A stretch of 63,644 nt of DNA, filler included, from Squatina squatina (Eukaryota), in assembly GCA_031763465.1 (NCBI GenBank). It is 4 parts of 4 records of this genome, joined end to end, with 100 filler letters (N's around TTAATTAATTAA, not from the genome) between each part and the next. Parts side by side here need not be neighbours in the genome. Positions count along the whole stretch, not along the records: positions 1 to 14,659 come from JARFOE010000057.1; 3 more parts are not named here. The stretch is one strand, 5' to 3'. Within the stretch, counting starts at the first letter, position 1, and each line of letters starts with the position of its first letter. This document shows positions 1-13,762 of the stretch, piece after piece. The position numbers were made by a program, and so were the translations under genes. The notes below the pieces were generated by a model. That model ran no database searches. It had not been told where the DNA came from and was given only the letters and a program-made list of their open reading frames with translations.

Positions 1-1542
1 CCATGTAAATCATTTAACTATCATCTCCCTGGCTGCCTTTATCCCTCTGCTGGTTGTATTATTACAGCACACAGCACATGCGTTCGCCTGGACTCCGGAG
101 ACGCTTTCTGTGCACTGCTCTGAATGGCTGAACCGTGCTGCCGAGAGCTCAAGAATAAAAACGCGCCCATCTACACAAAGGCTTTAACAAATGGACCCTG
201 ATCCCTTGGCGAGACAAATGAACTTTTGCTGCAGGTTGGAATTTTACAACGTGATGAGCTGGTGCATGTTTCAGGTCTTGCTAATCAAAATTNNNNNNNN
301 NNAGCAATGTTATTATTGCAACATCCACAATACAACGCCTCTAGTTCAGAGTACTTAGCCTCCCATGTCGTCCTTCTTGTCAGCCTTGCTTTGGGAGTGA
401 AAAGTTCAAATGCCATTGACAGCTGTGGCCTCTGGCAGTAAACAATAAGAGGGAGCAAATGTGCTGCACTTACTGAGCAGCTCAATTTAAGGCGTGGTTA
501 GTGGTTCAAGAGAGTATTTTAATCTTGCCTGCCTNNNNNNNNNNNNNNNNNNNNNNNNNNNNNNNNNNNNNNNNNNNNNNNNNNNNNNNNNNNNNNNNNN
601 NNNNNNNNNNNNNNNNNNNNNNNNNNNNNNNNNNCCCATCATGGATCCAACCCATTTTTTGATTACACACATGATAATAGATAGGTAGAAGTGAGTTATT
701 TGCAGGTTACTGAATGGCAGTTCAATATAAAATAGCAGACAATTAGAACATACCTACACAACAACAGTCACTGCACTTCAAACCGTGATTGACTGGGGTA
801 GATTGTGCCTTTGTGCTTAAAGTGTAAAACAGGTGATCGCGAATCAAAGTCAATGGAAATAAAAATTGTGAAAGATGCAACACAGGCTACTGATTCGCTA
901 TTCCCCCATTTCACGCGATACACAAAGCCAACCCTATTGTGTGAAGCACTGAATCATTTTGACATGATAAGATATGATATAAATGCAAGTATTATTATGA
1001 CAGATTGGTAGATATTTGACATACTGAGGATAAAGGATAACTAGGAATGAGTGGCCGTAATAGAAAGCTCAGGGTCGTTATTTTAGCTGAATTCACTGTG
1101 GAATTGTATGGATTCCTGATTAAGGCTGCAAAACATTAACAAGGCTTGTTTCTTCTGTGTTACTATGGATTGATTTGGCTGACAGGAAAAGGATACCATG
1201 TCTTGAAAGACACAGTGTAGATCAATATAGGAACACAAAAGATTACATGTATCATTGAGCTAGACACGCATAGCCTGTCCACAGTGACAAGTAGATGCTA
1301 ATTTGGGTCAGAGTAGAGCAATCATTCAGGATAGACACCCTGGTTCTCTCAACTACTCGTGAAAGATGTCATCATGAATGCAGCCTGAATGCCAGACCAG
1401 ACATAGAAGCAGCTTTGTTATTTCAATATCTTCATTGACTCTGATTCGTGTCGTGTTGAGTTTTTATTATAACAGGATCATCTAAGCTTTCATCCTACAT
1501 TATGTAACCTAGGCCATCCTTGGCCCCAGGATAGACAAAAAG

Positions 1543-1648
1543 AAAAACTTGCACTTGTACAGCGCCTGGCCTCAGGATGTCCCAAAACGCTTTACAGCCG
1601 ATGAAGTAATTTTGAAGTGTAGTCATTGTTGCAATGCAGGAAACAGAG
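1543..1648 (-). mobile_element. DeuSINE (SacSINE1-like) 3' tail fragment
   Basis: cttgcacttgtacagcgcc...gtcccaaaacgctttacagcc...gtgtagtcattgttgcaatgcaggaaac matches the copies at 31897, 51665 and 54285. Confidence 0.7.
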
Positions 1649-1749
1649 NNNNNNNNNNNNNNNNNNNNNNNNNNNNNNNNNNNNNNNNNNNNNNNNNNNN
1701 NNNNNNNNNNNNNNNNNNNNNNNNNNNNNNNNNNNNNNNNNNNNNNNNC

Positions 1750-2097
1750 AGCTGGAGAGGAGATGGTTGGAGACCAAGCTCGGAGGCCCTGCATTCAGAT
1801 GGTTTCAGCAAAGTAGATGTGGATAGGCAACAGCCTTGTAATATATTGCATTGTCAGGGCCAGAGTGATCTCCTGGACTAGTTTTGATCGCCTAAGGGGG
1901 TCGGAGAGGAATTTCCCAGATATTTTTTCCCATATTGGCCTTGGGTTTTTAAGCTGTTTTTTTGCCTCTCCCAGGAGATCACATGGTCTGGGGTAGGACG
2001 GGGAGTGTCTATATTGTGATGTAAAGGCATCGCAATTATGTGAGACAGTCTGATTGGACCTGAGGTTCTACTTTTTGTCATTTTTCGTATGTTTTCA
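1750..2097 (+). mobile_element. CR1-like LINE 3' UTR fragment
   Basis: ggggtcggagaggaatttccc motif and a gattggacc...ttcgtatgtt tail resemble vertebrate CR1 3' ends; recognised from memory. Confidence 0.45.
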
Positions 2098-4799
2098 GTC
2101 ACATTGTTTCAACAATTATATGTGAGAAGTTTAACATCTGGAAATAAATGTGGAAAGAAAATTAACTAACTTACTTTGTGTTTTCTGATTTGTGCATAGA
2201 TCATAGCAAGGAATAGAAAGGGGCCGTCATGCCTGTGCTCCAATGTGGGCTNNNNNNNNNNNNNNNNNNNNNNNNNNNNNNNNNNNNNNNNNNNNNNNNN
2301 NNNNNNNNNNNNNNNNNNNNNNNNNNNNNNNNNNNNNNNNNNNNNNNNNNNCATTAAAGTGTCAGAAGTATATATTTAAAAGAGACAAAAAGGTGGTAGC
2401 TTCATGCTCGTTTTCTCTGATGTGGTGATGAAATTTAGAGTCACCTCCCCAAACACCCAAGCTCCCTCACTAGCAGCAATTAAACTCTAATTGGCTCAAA
2501 GTTTACAGCAATTCGACTGTGTACCTTGACAAGGTTGTGTCGCAGCTCAACCTTAGCAGCACAATAATACGTGGTGGCATTGTGCGGTGCACGGTACAAC
2601 AGTCCGAACTTTACCGTGAGCAATGCCAAGGGTGGTCTGCTGTCCTTGCAATATAGCATGAACAAAGTATCATAAATTCAGCTCAGATATTTGCAATTTG
2701 ATAGAACTCAGGCAGTAATTAAGAAAGATTTATCTGAAACAGGAGTGATTGATGCTAATTAGCATTTTGAATGATTGAAGCGCTGAAAACTTTAAGCATC
2801 ATTACAACTTCAATAATTCAGAATGTTGCTCCTTGAACCTTCATTATAAATGTTTAGCTGTAAATAATGCATACTAATGGTTCTTGCCATAACTCAGGTA
2901 CCGAGGCTGGAAATGGGGCTGCAGAATTGGCTATGCTTGCTAAATTATAATTACTCCTCCTACATTTTATGCATCACATCATTACTGACAAATGTGGGGT
3001 GTTATATTTCTCCAGGGCTTCTTAAATTGGAATGAAGCAATTTCTTTGTGCTTTAATTAGCTCTTAAATAATGTTAATTAGAAACAGTTGTGCTGACCAA
3101 AATAAACCCTCATTTTTTAGATTACTGAAACAAGAGATGCTTTTACACAAAAGGAATGCAGCTAATTGTAGATATTGATTTTCCCATCATCAGCCAGACC
3201 ATAATTATCAACAACTTGAATGCCATGGCTACTAGAGAAAATCAGAGTCTGGGTATTCTATGGTGAGAGACTCACCTCCTGACTCCCCAAAGCCTCTTCA
3301 ACACCTACAAGATACAAGTCAGGAGTGTAATGGAATACTCACTGTTGGACTGATAACTTATAGGGCTTCTAGTCTAGTCCCATGAATGACTCAGACTCTG
3401 GAGACAAGTTAAGTTTCAAGATTTATTGAACATATATGTGATTACAAGNNNNNNNNNNNNNNNNNNNNNNNNNNNNNNNNNNNNNNNNNNNNNNNNNNNN
3501 NNNNNNNNNNNNNNNNNNNNNNNNNNNNNNNNNNNNNNNNNNNNNNNNTCACTGGAATCATCTAGGACATGTTGGAGGTTTGATGTTAAGTTCACGGGAC
3601 AGTGGTCAAGACTGGAATTCAATAGTATGACATGCAAATAATCAGCATTTAAATGATTTATGTACAGTGCCAATTCTCTATAAGTAACACTCTGAGCTTT
3701 CAAAGTTTATTGAAAATTAGGGAATTCAGAATACGAAGGAAAGGCTTGCAGTTATTTTTCACCCAAAGAGTAATAGGATTGTGACACTGTTGCCAGGGAA
3801 CAGTGCTGAAATAGACAGTATAAATGACTTCAAAAGGCAATTAGAAGTGATCCTGGATAGAGAGAGGGGGTTGAGAAATACATTAGGAAGATTGGGTTTA
3901 TCTAATAAAAGGGAAATGCTTATTGGGCCTAAAAAAAGCTTTTTTCTGTTGCTAAAAGTACTGAAAACAAGTCAATAATATCTATTCCACTTACCATTTA
4001 ATTAAACATTCATGTATTAATGGACAATAGAGTATGCAGAACATGTCACAGACTTGCTGCTGTTAAAAGATAACACATCTTAATTAGGGTTTGCAACAAA
4101 TCATACTCCAGTGTTTGAAAATGGAGGGTCCCCAGATGTTTAGCTCTGTAATTATTCTATGTCTAATGAGACAGATTCGGTACAGAAGCAACTCTTGGCT
4201 AAGAGAGATCAGGAATTGCAGGTTTGTTTGTTTTTCAAGTGGTTGCTATAAATCTATTTAATTAGCACTTCTGATGTTGTCCTTGGAGAAAACAGNNNNN
4301 NNNNNNNNNNNNNNNNNNNNNNNNNNNNNNNNNNNNNNNNNNNNNNNNNNNNNNNNNNNNNNNNNNNNNNNNNNNNNNNNNNNNNNNNNNNNNNNATAAG
4401 TGTCTATAAAAATATTAATAAATACTCAGTCATTTTTAAAAAGTTAGAAAACAGTATCTAAACTTCCAAAGGGGCTTGTTAATTTTTAATCGCTGGAAGG
4501 TTCGCGACCAACAGTCAAACAGGACCATGTAGGAGGCCCAGACACTGTATAAGAAGATGGCCGCCAGCTTTATAGCAACAAAATAAACACAGCTTCTATT
4601 GCAGTCATTTTTAATGAAATATTTCAGTATTTATTCGGTTTGCTTGCCAATAGTTATTAAATTGAAATCCAGTTTCAATAATAACAGAAGCTGAAAGTGA
4701 TACAACAGCACGTAACATGCAGCCCGATTTTAAGATCAGCTTGGCAGTGGTCCATCAGCTGCCCCGCCCCCTTCATTATTATTAATTTCCAGCAGCTGG

Positions 4800-5694
4800 A
4801 TCGACTCCCTCATGTGCCATTAGGCACTTTACACGCAGATTAATTGATCCGTTTCTTTTGCCTCTTGTTGCACGCTCCAGGCTCTGTAACAGTTCCTGTG
4901 TGTCCGGCTCTCAACTGTTGTCAGTACCTTGGTCAGGGTGAGCACTTTACCCAGCACATTGATGTCTGTGTTGTCATATTTGCCGCACCGGCTTCTCGTC
5001 CACCTTGGTCAGGGCGAGAGGTCCCGCCCACTCATGCATATTGCAGCTGCAATGCGGACAACCCGGGTTCAGGCTGTGCGAGCTGGTGCAGGGTGAGCTA
5101 CACTGTAGCAGGGTGAGATACTCCTGACTTCTGATGGGCTCTGCGCTTCTCGCTCTCAATCCTTATTGGGTGCAATAAGCTGTTTTCACACATTTCTGCC
5201 CACGCACCATGAATAAGGGCGCAAAGGGCATCATTGCTAGTCAGTGAAAAGAGGTGGCGCTGGTTGGAGGGCAGTGTCAGCTAGGGGTCAGCGAGAAGGT
5301 TTCAAATGGGTCAGCCAAAAATAAGATTCTAGTGGCTGGAATCTTATTTTTGGTAGATCCCTTGAAATCTTCTTGTGGACCCCTAGGGGGCGGGGATGCC
5401 TGGTTGAGAACCCCTGATTTAGAGGATAAGATAGAGGCAGGATCTGAACATTCTGAGCCACTGGGCACAATTGGGTATGAGCCAGGGCTGGGAGAAAGGA
5501 TACCACAGGTGCCAGATCGCCAGAGGGCAAGGTCGCACACTAGTTCTGCTGCAGAGGACTCAGATGAGGACTTTGATGGGGCCAGGCTACAGTAAAAGGC
5601 TGATGTGTGTACACAACAAAATGCTTGGTGCCTAAGGAAACCTGCCAGAAAGCCTGTGTTCAATATCAAGGAGCATGGAGGAGACCAGCACCAA
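4800..5694. mobile_element. Degraded GC-rich DNA-transposon-like segment with an embedded hAT/Charlie-type terminus
   Basis: GGTTGAGAACCCCTG at 5402-5416 followed by atttagag resembles a hAT-Charlie TIR plus target site. The surrounding sequence is GC-rich with only short broken ORFs; family assignment is uncertain. Confidence 0.35.
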
Positions 5695-5814
5695 CTTGGG
5701 ACAGGGTTTTGCACNNNNNNNNNNNNNNNNNNNNNNNNNNNNNNNNNNNNNNNNNNNNNNNNNNNNNNNNNNNNNNNNNNNNNNNNNNNNNNNNNNNNNN
5801 NNNNNNNNNNNNNN

Positions 5815-6584
5815 TGAATCAACGCTATTTGCCTCAACTATTCCTTGTGGTAGTAAGCTCCACATTCTAACTGCTCTCTGGATAAAGAAATTTCTTCTGA
5901 TTTCCCGATTTGATTTATTAGTGACTATCTTATACTTATGGCCCCTAGTTCTGGTTCCACCTACAAGTGGAAACATCTTCTACGTCGACCCTATCCAACT
6001 CTTTCCGAATTTTGAAGACCTCTATCAGCCATCCCTCTTCATAGGATTATATACGATTACATAGGATATACGGCATAGAAACAGGCCATTTGGCCTAATC
6101 AGTCCATGCTGACATTTATGGTCCACTTGAACCACCTCCTGTCTTTCCTCATCTAACTCTATCTCAGCATAACCCTCTCTTCCCTTCTCCCTCATGCTTA
6201 TCTAGCCTACCCTTAACTGTATCTATACTATTTGCCTCAACTACTCCCTGTGGTAGTGAGTTCCACACTCTAGGTAAAGCAGTTTCTTCTGAATTCCCTA
6301 TTTGATTCCTTGGTGACTATCTTATATTGGTGGCCTCTAGTTATGCTCTTTCCCCACAAGTGGAAACATTTTCTGTGTATCTACACTATCAAAAGCTTTG
6401 ATAATTTTAAAAACCTCAACTAGGTCACCCCCTCAGCCTTTTTTTCAAGCGAAAAGAGACCCAGCCTGTTTATCCGTTACTGATGGGTATACCTTTGCAT
6501 TTCTGATATCATCTTTGTAAATCTTCTCTACACCCTCTCCAGTGCCTCCATATCCTTTTTTATACTGTGGTGACCAGAATTGTA
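5815..6584 (-). mobile_element. Two adjacent CR1 LINE 3' fragments
   Basis: Minus ORF FPLVGGTRTRGHKYKIVTNKSNREIRRNFFIQRAVRMWSLLP is the typical CR1 ORF2 C-terminus. The segment recurs at about 6225-6420, and a tail/hairpin acaggccatttggcc lies at about 6080. Confidence 0.8.
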
Positions 6585-6684
6585 NNNNNNNNNNNNNNNN
6601 NNNNNNNNNNNNNNNNNNNNNNNNNNNNNNNNNNNNNNNNNNNNNNNNNNNNNNNNNNNNNNNNNNNNNNNNNNNNNNNNNNNN

Positions 6685-6905
6685 TTTTAAGCCAGTGCAG
6701 AGGCAGGGAAAGTGGGGGAGGGAGGAAAGAACAAAAGGGAAGATTTGTGATAGGATGGAGGACAGGATTCATTAACTGAGAAAAGGGATGATGATGCAAG
6801 GCAAAAGGAGGTGGTAATGGGACAAGTAAAGAAATAAAAGATGAGTCTAGAGGAGCCATAATTAGCAACAGCAGAACCATTACTAGTGCCTGCTGTCCAA
6901 AAAAA
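6685..6905 (-). mobile_element. Penelope-like repeat fragment
   Basis: Purine-rich gaaagaacaaaagggaagatttgtgataggatgg is the reverse complement of sequence similar to the start of the 14760 element (caatcacac...ccctttgtccttccc). Confidence 0.5.
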
Positions 6906-9299
6906 TTGGAGCAGTGGTTAAGTAGTACTGAACTGTGAGACATTTGTGATGGTTTCTGCACTGAGGATGATTGTGTAACCAGTAAGACCAGGGGCAATCA
7001 GGTGCGAGGGGCGTGCACAATTGGGATTCAGGTCTTAGGCCTGTTTCTCATCCAATGCTTATGGAGTGTGATCCTGGGGCCAGGCCACATTTTAAATGCA
7101 GAGGGCAATCACAGATTCCATACAGTTAAGGTGTTAAAGATTTTAATAACTTCTTGATTACTGCTGTATTCGATACTCAAGCATGCAGAAAGGTCGTTGG
7201 GTACCCATTTAAAATGAGTACTAGATCTTAGACATTGCAGCCATAAAGAGGACTGTAATTATTAGCTGTAGAGCTTTGTTTTGCTGCAGTACCCATTGTT
7301 TATGATGTATTTGATACTGTTTTATTATATTTGTTGCTGGTCCGAGGTAACTCCCCTTTTGAAACATGCATTAAACGATTATGACACTTGCTCTGAGCTG
7401 TACTGAAGGATTCCTTCCAAGCTATCCAGGCAGCAGAACTGTTGTTTCAAAACACCAATCGTTTGCTTAATCTTAACCCTCATGGCTCTTATTATATCAG
7501 TGCTCCGCATCTGTGCCCAGGTTCCTAACAGAAGTGAGGGGATTGTCCTTTTCAACCAGCAGTCAGCCTACCACCCGATGGTCTGTGTGGAACAGGGAGG
7601 GTATTGAGGACTGGCGCAGTTATTAAAACGTTATGACTGCTGCCAGGAAATCGGGCACAGACCTGTATGACAAACAAGTTGATCATTGAGTGAATGGAAG
7701 CCTCTCCTGTTGAGAGACAGTGCTGGTTCATGATAGGGAGCATGCAGGACTATGCAAGTCTATAATGCCCTGCACCTGCAGGAATCCAGCAATTCCTGCT
7801 TTTCAGCCTCCATGGCAAAGGTTGACTGCTTGTAAACAGTGAATCAGTGACCTACCAGATCTCCGTGTGCACAGTAAACTGAATAATGCCACCAGAAGCA
7901 GTTTGGAAGGAGCCAGGCACATAAAAGTCAAAACCACAGTGACCTTTACTGCCACAGGCCACAATGACAGCACTTGACCAGTGTTAATGGGTCAACCATC
8001 GCTTTTTCCTTTGTGTANNNNNNNNNNNNNNNNNNNNNNNNNNNNNNNNNNNNNNNNNNNNNNNNNNNNNNNNNNNNNNNNNNNNNNNNNNNNNNNNNNN
8101 NNNNNNNNNNNNNNNNNTAACGTTGTATGCCAATATTCCTTTTGATAAATGCTGCATAATTTATCACTCATGTCAGCATCGAACCAATGAAAAATTGCTT
8201 TTACATTCCATGAATACTACCCTTTGTGAAAATCAATCAGAGGTGACAGCTGTACCTTTTGGTGCCATTTAGATACACACATCTTACTCTGTAATTTTGG
8301 TTAACTGCAGTCATTATTAAATGGCAAATAGAAAAACACATTCAATCCAACCCATCTGTGGGACCCAGACATCGAGACCCAGATATGCTAGCCCTTTACA
8401 CTGATAAGCATTATTTAACGTATGTCAGTTTAATTTCCTGGAAAGCACTTTAAATATTTCAAATTCACCTTTCTCAGAATCACGTTTCTCATTCTTCTAG
8501 TCAGTGTTAATAATCTTCAATCCTCCCTCCCCAGGTCTGATCATTTAATTGGTTTCCAGGCAGTATTCAAATCAGTGATTTAGTTTTCTAGTGATCACCA
8601 AGATTTTACATAGCATTACATAGAATTTACAGAACAGAAACAGGCCATTCGGCCCAACAGGTCTATGACAGTATTTCTGCTCCACACAAGTCTCCTCCCA
8701 TAATTCTTCATCTAACCCCACCAACATATCCTTCTAATCCTNNNNNNNNNNNNNNNNNNNNNNNNNNNNNNNNNNNNNNNNNNNNNNNNNNNNNNNNNNN
8801 NNNNNNNNNNNNNNNNNNNNNNNNNNNNNNNNNNNNNNNNNAGAACAAGGCTACTAGAGAAGAATGTGGGAAAATAAGAGGTCTCCCTGGCTACCACTTC
8901 AGTGCTCAGACCCACTGCTATATCTGTTTGAAGACAATAAATTTCCAGAGTAACTCATGATTCCTTTGTCTGGCATAACCTCATGAAATCAACACGTACC
9001 AATGGACTACTCTCCCAATAGCTTTCACCACTGCAGTGGGGAAAGAAACAAAGAGGAAGGAGAAAAAAACAGCTCAACCCTCTGAGCNNNNNNNNNNAAA
9101 AAGGTAAGCTAGAACATGCCAATATCATACTACTCAACATAGCAAAAATTCTGCGGTACATCAAAATAAAGGGATGTAGTTTTCAAACTTCAGATAAAAT
9201 TCATTGCCTTCTGCCTCACTGGTATACCACCTTCCTCCTTTGCTGAAAAGGGGCTGCAACACTGCAGTATTGTGATGCTGTAAAACCCATAAATCTTTC

Positions 9300-12200
9300 C
9301 TCTTCCCTCCTTTCAACTAAACTTGACATTTATTGTGAACCTTACTTGTGTCAATGACCACAAGTCAATAGAAGATGGACCCTAACCCAGCATTAAGCTG
9401 GCTTGTCGCAAGATTAAATTTCCAAGAGAAAGGATTGGATGAATGGCTTCCAGTGACATTGTGATAGCTGTTATGCGTTTTGCATTGTGATGGCTATTAT
9501 GTGTTTTGATGGTATTGAAAGTAATAATGCAGGACCAAAAACTCATATCAACCTGATTTGTTGGCTTAGCTGAAACCGGTCAGCTGGGCTGAACAAAAAA
9601 CTGTCATTTTTATTATTAACAAAACAAAACAGGAAATTCATCTACTTCAGCAGAAACGATGCCTTAATTTTTATTTGAGAGCTGGGAGTGTGCATATGGC
9701 TGCATTGTAGGTCATGTGCTTTTGTTGGCACAAGAAAAACACTCCATCACTACATGGCCCTTGCCAGCTGTACAATTTAATAGAAATGACTAAGGAGAAA
9801 GTTTCCAATTAAAGCTTTTCGTCTGTTCTAATGCAACAACTTTCATCATCTACAACACAACATTCCATAGTATTATTAAACAGGTAATATTTACAAACTG
9901 TTGACAGGCTTTTAAATAACTCAGACAAAAATACTGTAAACTTTAAGTTACAAAACTAGCAAAAAACACAGCGGATGCAACAGTCATAACTGGAACTTCT
10001 TAAGAAATAAAAATGAAGGCTGTTTTAGCCCTTTGGCTTTTTGGTTAAAGACAGCCCCTATGAGTGGCATTCATTTTATAATCTCTGAAATGCACTACTT
10101 TCAGCCTACTTTGAAATAGCTATGTTAATCTTGTTATGTACCCCTATAAAGCTGATGAACGATACGATATGTCTGTTTTATTTACCCAGAATCACATATC
10201 CTCCTTCTGCACATCTGTACTCACGCCAACTTACCTTGGACGTCCACCCATCCCTCTCTATCTACATTATCATATCCTCATCTCGCTAGCCACCACTCAC
10301 ACTCAGCCTCATCCTTGCCCAACCATAGCAACTAACACGACAGAAGGGTAGTCATTTGGGTGTTTCAGGCAATGATCATGCATGNNNNNNNNNNNNNNNN
10401 NNNNNNNNNNNNNNNNNNNNNNNNNNNNNNNNNNNNNNNNNNNNNNNNNNNNNNNNNNNNNNNNNNNNNNNNNNNNNNNNNNNNNNNNNNNNNNNNNNNN
10501 NNNNNNNNNNNNNNNNNNNNNNNNNNNNNNNNNNNNNNNNNNNNNNNNNNNNNNNNNNNNNNNNNNNNNNNNNNNNNNNNNNNNNNNNNNNNNNNNNNNN
10601 NNNNNNNNNNNNNNNNNNNNNNNNNNNNNNNNNNNNNNNNNNNNNNNNTGAAATCTTATTACAGATTGCTGCTAAAACAAAGTCTTGCCAGCTGAACAGT
10701 CAGATCTCAGTGATCAAAATAGTACTGAAATACTCGATGAGAAATAGACAAATCGTATAAAAGGAAACATTGAAGGACGATTCATCAACTCAAGAGGGTT
10801 GCTGCCAGAAATTGGTTGAAGGATGAGTGAGAGATTCAATTAGATTTTTTAATTCTGTCCTGTGTGTGGATAACAGCAGCTGGTAGTCATATGGAGATCT
10901 ATTAACTTGAAGAGCAAGGGCAATGGTACCCGGCTATTTGCTGCTTAAAACATGGACACATATCTTGTTAGAAGTTGACATCTACTGTAAGATATCATAT
11001 ACTGCAAGTGTAGGAGGATAAATCACCAGGAATATATATTTCAGCCATTAAAAAAAAAAACTTTTCAACTAGCTAGTGTTACCAATTTCTGATGCAGATA
11101 GAAAACTATCTTGTCAGGGAATGCAATAAAGGAAAAAATCCATAACCTGACCAGTTCAACANNNNNNNNNNCATCTTGTATCAGTATGGAATTCAAGCAC
11201 ACTTGGTGAAAATATTTGATTAAGATGTCAATATAACTACAACTCCGACAGGAGTTTCCTCAATGCATTACCATGAATGGTTCAAACCACTAGTTTATTA
11301 ATGTTTAATTTGTGGTGTAAAACAAGTTGGGGGTGCAGTGATACTAGTTGAGGTTTCACATATTCGTACAGCAATGGGTATCTGAGTATTCCCATTATAC
11401 AACCTCTATTAACCTGGAGGCTTTGACTGCCTTGGTATCCTATACACAAACTTCACATTTCTCACATAACAATATAAAATGGCTGACCAAAAAAAAATCA
11501 TATCGATGGCACCAAGTCACTTAAAGAAGCATTTAAGCATCAAGTGCTTGTACATTTAAAGGAAGGCAAACAATCAGCACGGAATACTTTTATTTCTATC
11601 TAGTTACGATTTCAACAAAACTAGGGAAGTACACCACTTCCAAATATATCATTTTCATTTTTTATTTTTCAATTGTACGAGTGAATTGTTCATCGTGATC
11701 AAGTTGAGGGATGGTGGTGGTTCAAGTCCTGACCGTGCACACTTCCATTTTTGGTTCCCAGCATCAGCAGCACATACTCCCAAAGAGCAGATTAGATGCA
11801 CAGCTTCCTGCAATGTCCAATCATTCTCACTCCAAGCAACAATACGTGCTTTGTAAATAAAAGCTTAAGCGTACAGTTGATGCATCACTTGTTGAACCAG
11901 GACTGAAGCATAAAGTGAGCTACAGGAAAGCTCTGACTCGTTGTTAGTACCCCAGTGCCAACTTCCCTGTCTTTTTATCCAGCCAGCAAATGTTAGGATC
12001 AAATTCAGGACACATCTATTCTTGTTGCAATTACCTCCAATTGCATCCGGTTATATCACCTAACAAAAAGGGATTGAATGCAAACTTTGGTGACAGTCAC
12101 ATCCTATTGTACTATTGACACTATTTCCCCCATTTCTGACACCAGCCATCTTTATTGCAGGTATTAGAAAACAAAGTTAGTATCAATTTGTGGGAATTGC

Positions 12201-13546
12201 AAGACAGTTTTGTTCNNNNNNNNNNTTTGTTCTGTGAGCCTATGCCTACTGAGAACTGGGTTGAGACTGGCCAAACTCATTTCATTTTGGAGTGTCTCAG
12301 CCAGCAGGTAGAGAAGTGTCAGCAGTCTCTGCTGAGTTCAAGCCTAGATCCCAAATGAGAGGATAATACAACAAACCCAAATGGCTAACCACTTTCACTT
12401 AACATTCACAGTTGAGTTCGGAGATACTTGTTCCAGTCGTTTGATGGTGAAGTGCATGAACTCTTCACTTATGTTTAAAAATGACATTATATCAATCTTT
12501 TAAAAAAAAAAGTACAAGATGCTGTTCTCAATTTAGATGGTGTCCAATTTTGTACTTGACCTTTGTCCGATGATAAACCAGCAGTGCAGAACGAATCAGA
12601 CTAACATGTCAGGAAACAGGATTACTTACTGGTACTGTTCCATTGCCTTGAAATCCCCCATAACTTTGAATGTATGAAAAAAAGAGTTCACAGGAAATAA
12701 GTTAATTGAAATCTCAAATTATTGGTTAAGTGTGACAGTGGTAACAGATTATCGAGGGCGGCTGCGGCCATTCCACAGATCATGGCATTAATTGTTAGGT
12801 TTGTAGGCCATGTCCTGGGCTTCTTTCGAACTGCAAAGTCAAAAGAAAAACGCGCAAAGTACACACTTGTGAAACACGCATCTATTTACAGTATCTTGCA
12901 AAAATAAAGATTAAGCAAATCTTGTACTCTTAAGAAATGCTACTGTGGTCCTCAAACAGTTTAAAACGTGGTTAATGGCAGCTAATTATTGCAGTGCACG
13001 TATATACTTCACTGGGATCAAAAACACCATGGGCACTGAATGGATAGCATTAAAAGATTTCGCATCGGTTCTGAACTGAACACTTCGTAGTTGAAACAAG
13101 GTAACTGTATGAGAACAGGCACCTAAAAGGCAACATCTACTGTGTTTGTCTGAATTGGTAATTGAGTTGTAGGTTACCATTTTATACAAGTAAAGATTTA
13201 TGTAGTTAATAAATAGTCCCTTGTGCATGCCAATAAAATATATGCCATCTACAACATTTAGCACACAAAGAATTAATCGGATAATTACATCAGAAAGGCA
13301 AGGATATTTAAAAAAAAAGGAAGAGTCCGGAGAAAGGCGCTCAGTATCCAGGTAATGAACAAATGCAACAAAGTCTTGTTTATTTGTACAAAAAACATTT
13401 TAAAACTCTAATAAATACTGTGTGGTGGGTATCAGCTTTTACAACCAACAAGCAGATAGCCACGGGAGTATTGCTCACATCCTGTGAGCACAAAAAAAGG
13501 GGAAAAAGTCTAACAAGTTCATCTTCCCNNNNNNNGGAGGTGAAAA
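9300..13546 (-). other. TRIM33: Putative long 3' UTR of TRIM33 (distal end uncertain)
   Basis: AT-rich stretch directly downstream of the stop codon, almost free of recognisable interspersed repeats unlike the rest of the window. Several minus-strand AATAAA at 12151, 11661, 11589, 11294, 9609 and 9329. Confidence 0.4.
13379..13384 (-). promoter_or_regulatory. Candidate proximal polyadenylation signal of TRIM33
   Basis: Minus strand: tttttTGTAcaAATAAAcaagacTTTGTTGcaTTTGTT, i.e. UGUA upstream, canonical AATAAA, and a GU/U-rich downstream element, about 165 nt after the stop codon. Confidence 0.5.
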
Positions 13547-13762
13547 TTATTTAATGTGCACTGGCCTGTCATCCGACTTTAGCCGCTTTCGCCTAGGTTG
13601 AACGAAGTCATCGTCCGAATCCTCGCTAATATGAGCTTCATCTTCGTGGTCGGAATCTGATTCTACCAGAGGTGTAAAGGTTCTTTCTGAATAAACCACC
13701 TGTAGTTTGGCTTCAAAATAGCTTTCTAGAGCCTTCCCGGCCTGGGCCACCTCTGAATCTAC
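13547..13762 (-). CDS. TRIM33: Terminal coding exon of TRIM33 (TIF1-gamma): end of bromodomain, acidic tract and basic NLS-like C-terminus
   Basis: Minus strand reads acceptor tattgctttcacttctAG then [71 protein letters not shown] (216 nt, phase 0). This closely resembles the vertebrate TRIM33 C-terminus as I recall it ([20 protein letters not shown]...[25 protein letters not shown]). The ORF track's GTG 'start' at 13750 is internal to the exon. Confidence 0.93.
   Translation of the reverse strand, partial: VDSEVAQAGKALESYFEAKLQVVYSERTFTPLVESDSDHEDEAHISEDSDDDFVQPRRKRLKSDDRPVHIK

Noticed and set aside
5254-5595. 113-aa ORF ending in EDSDEDF, superficially like the TRIM33 acidic tail
   Set aside because: There is no other similarity, it has a GTG start, and it spans a transposon terminus; most likely chance within TE-derived sequence.
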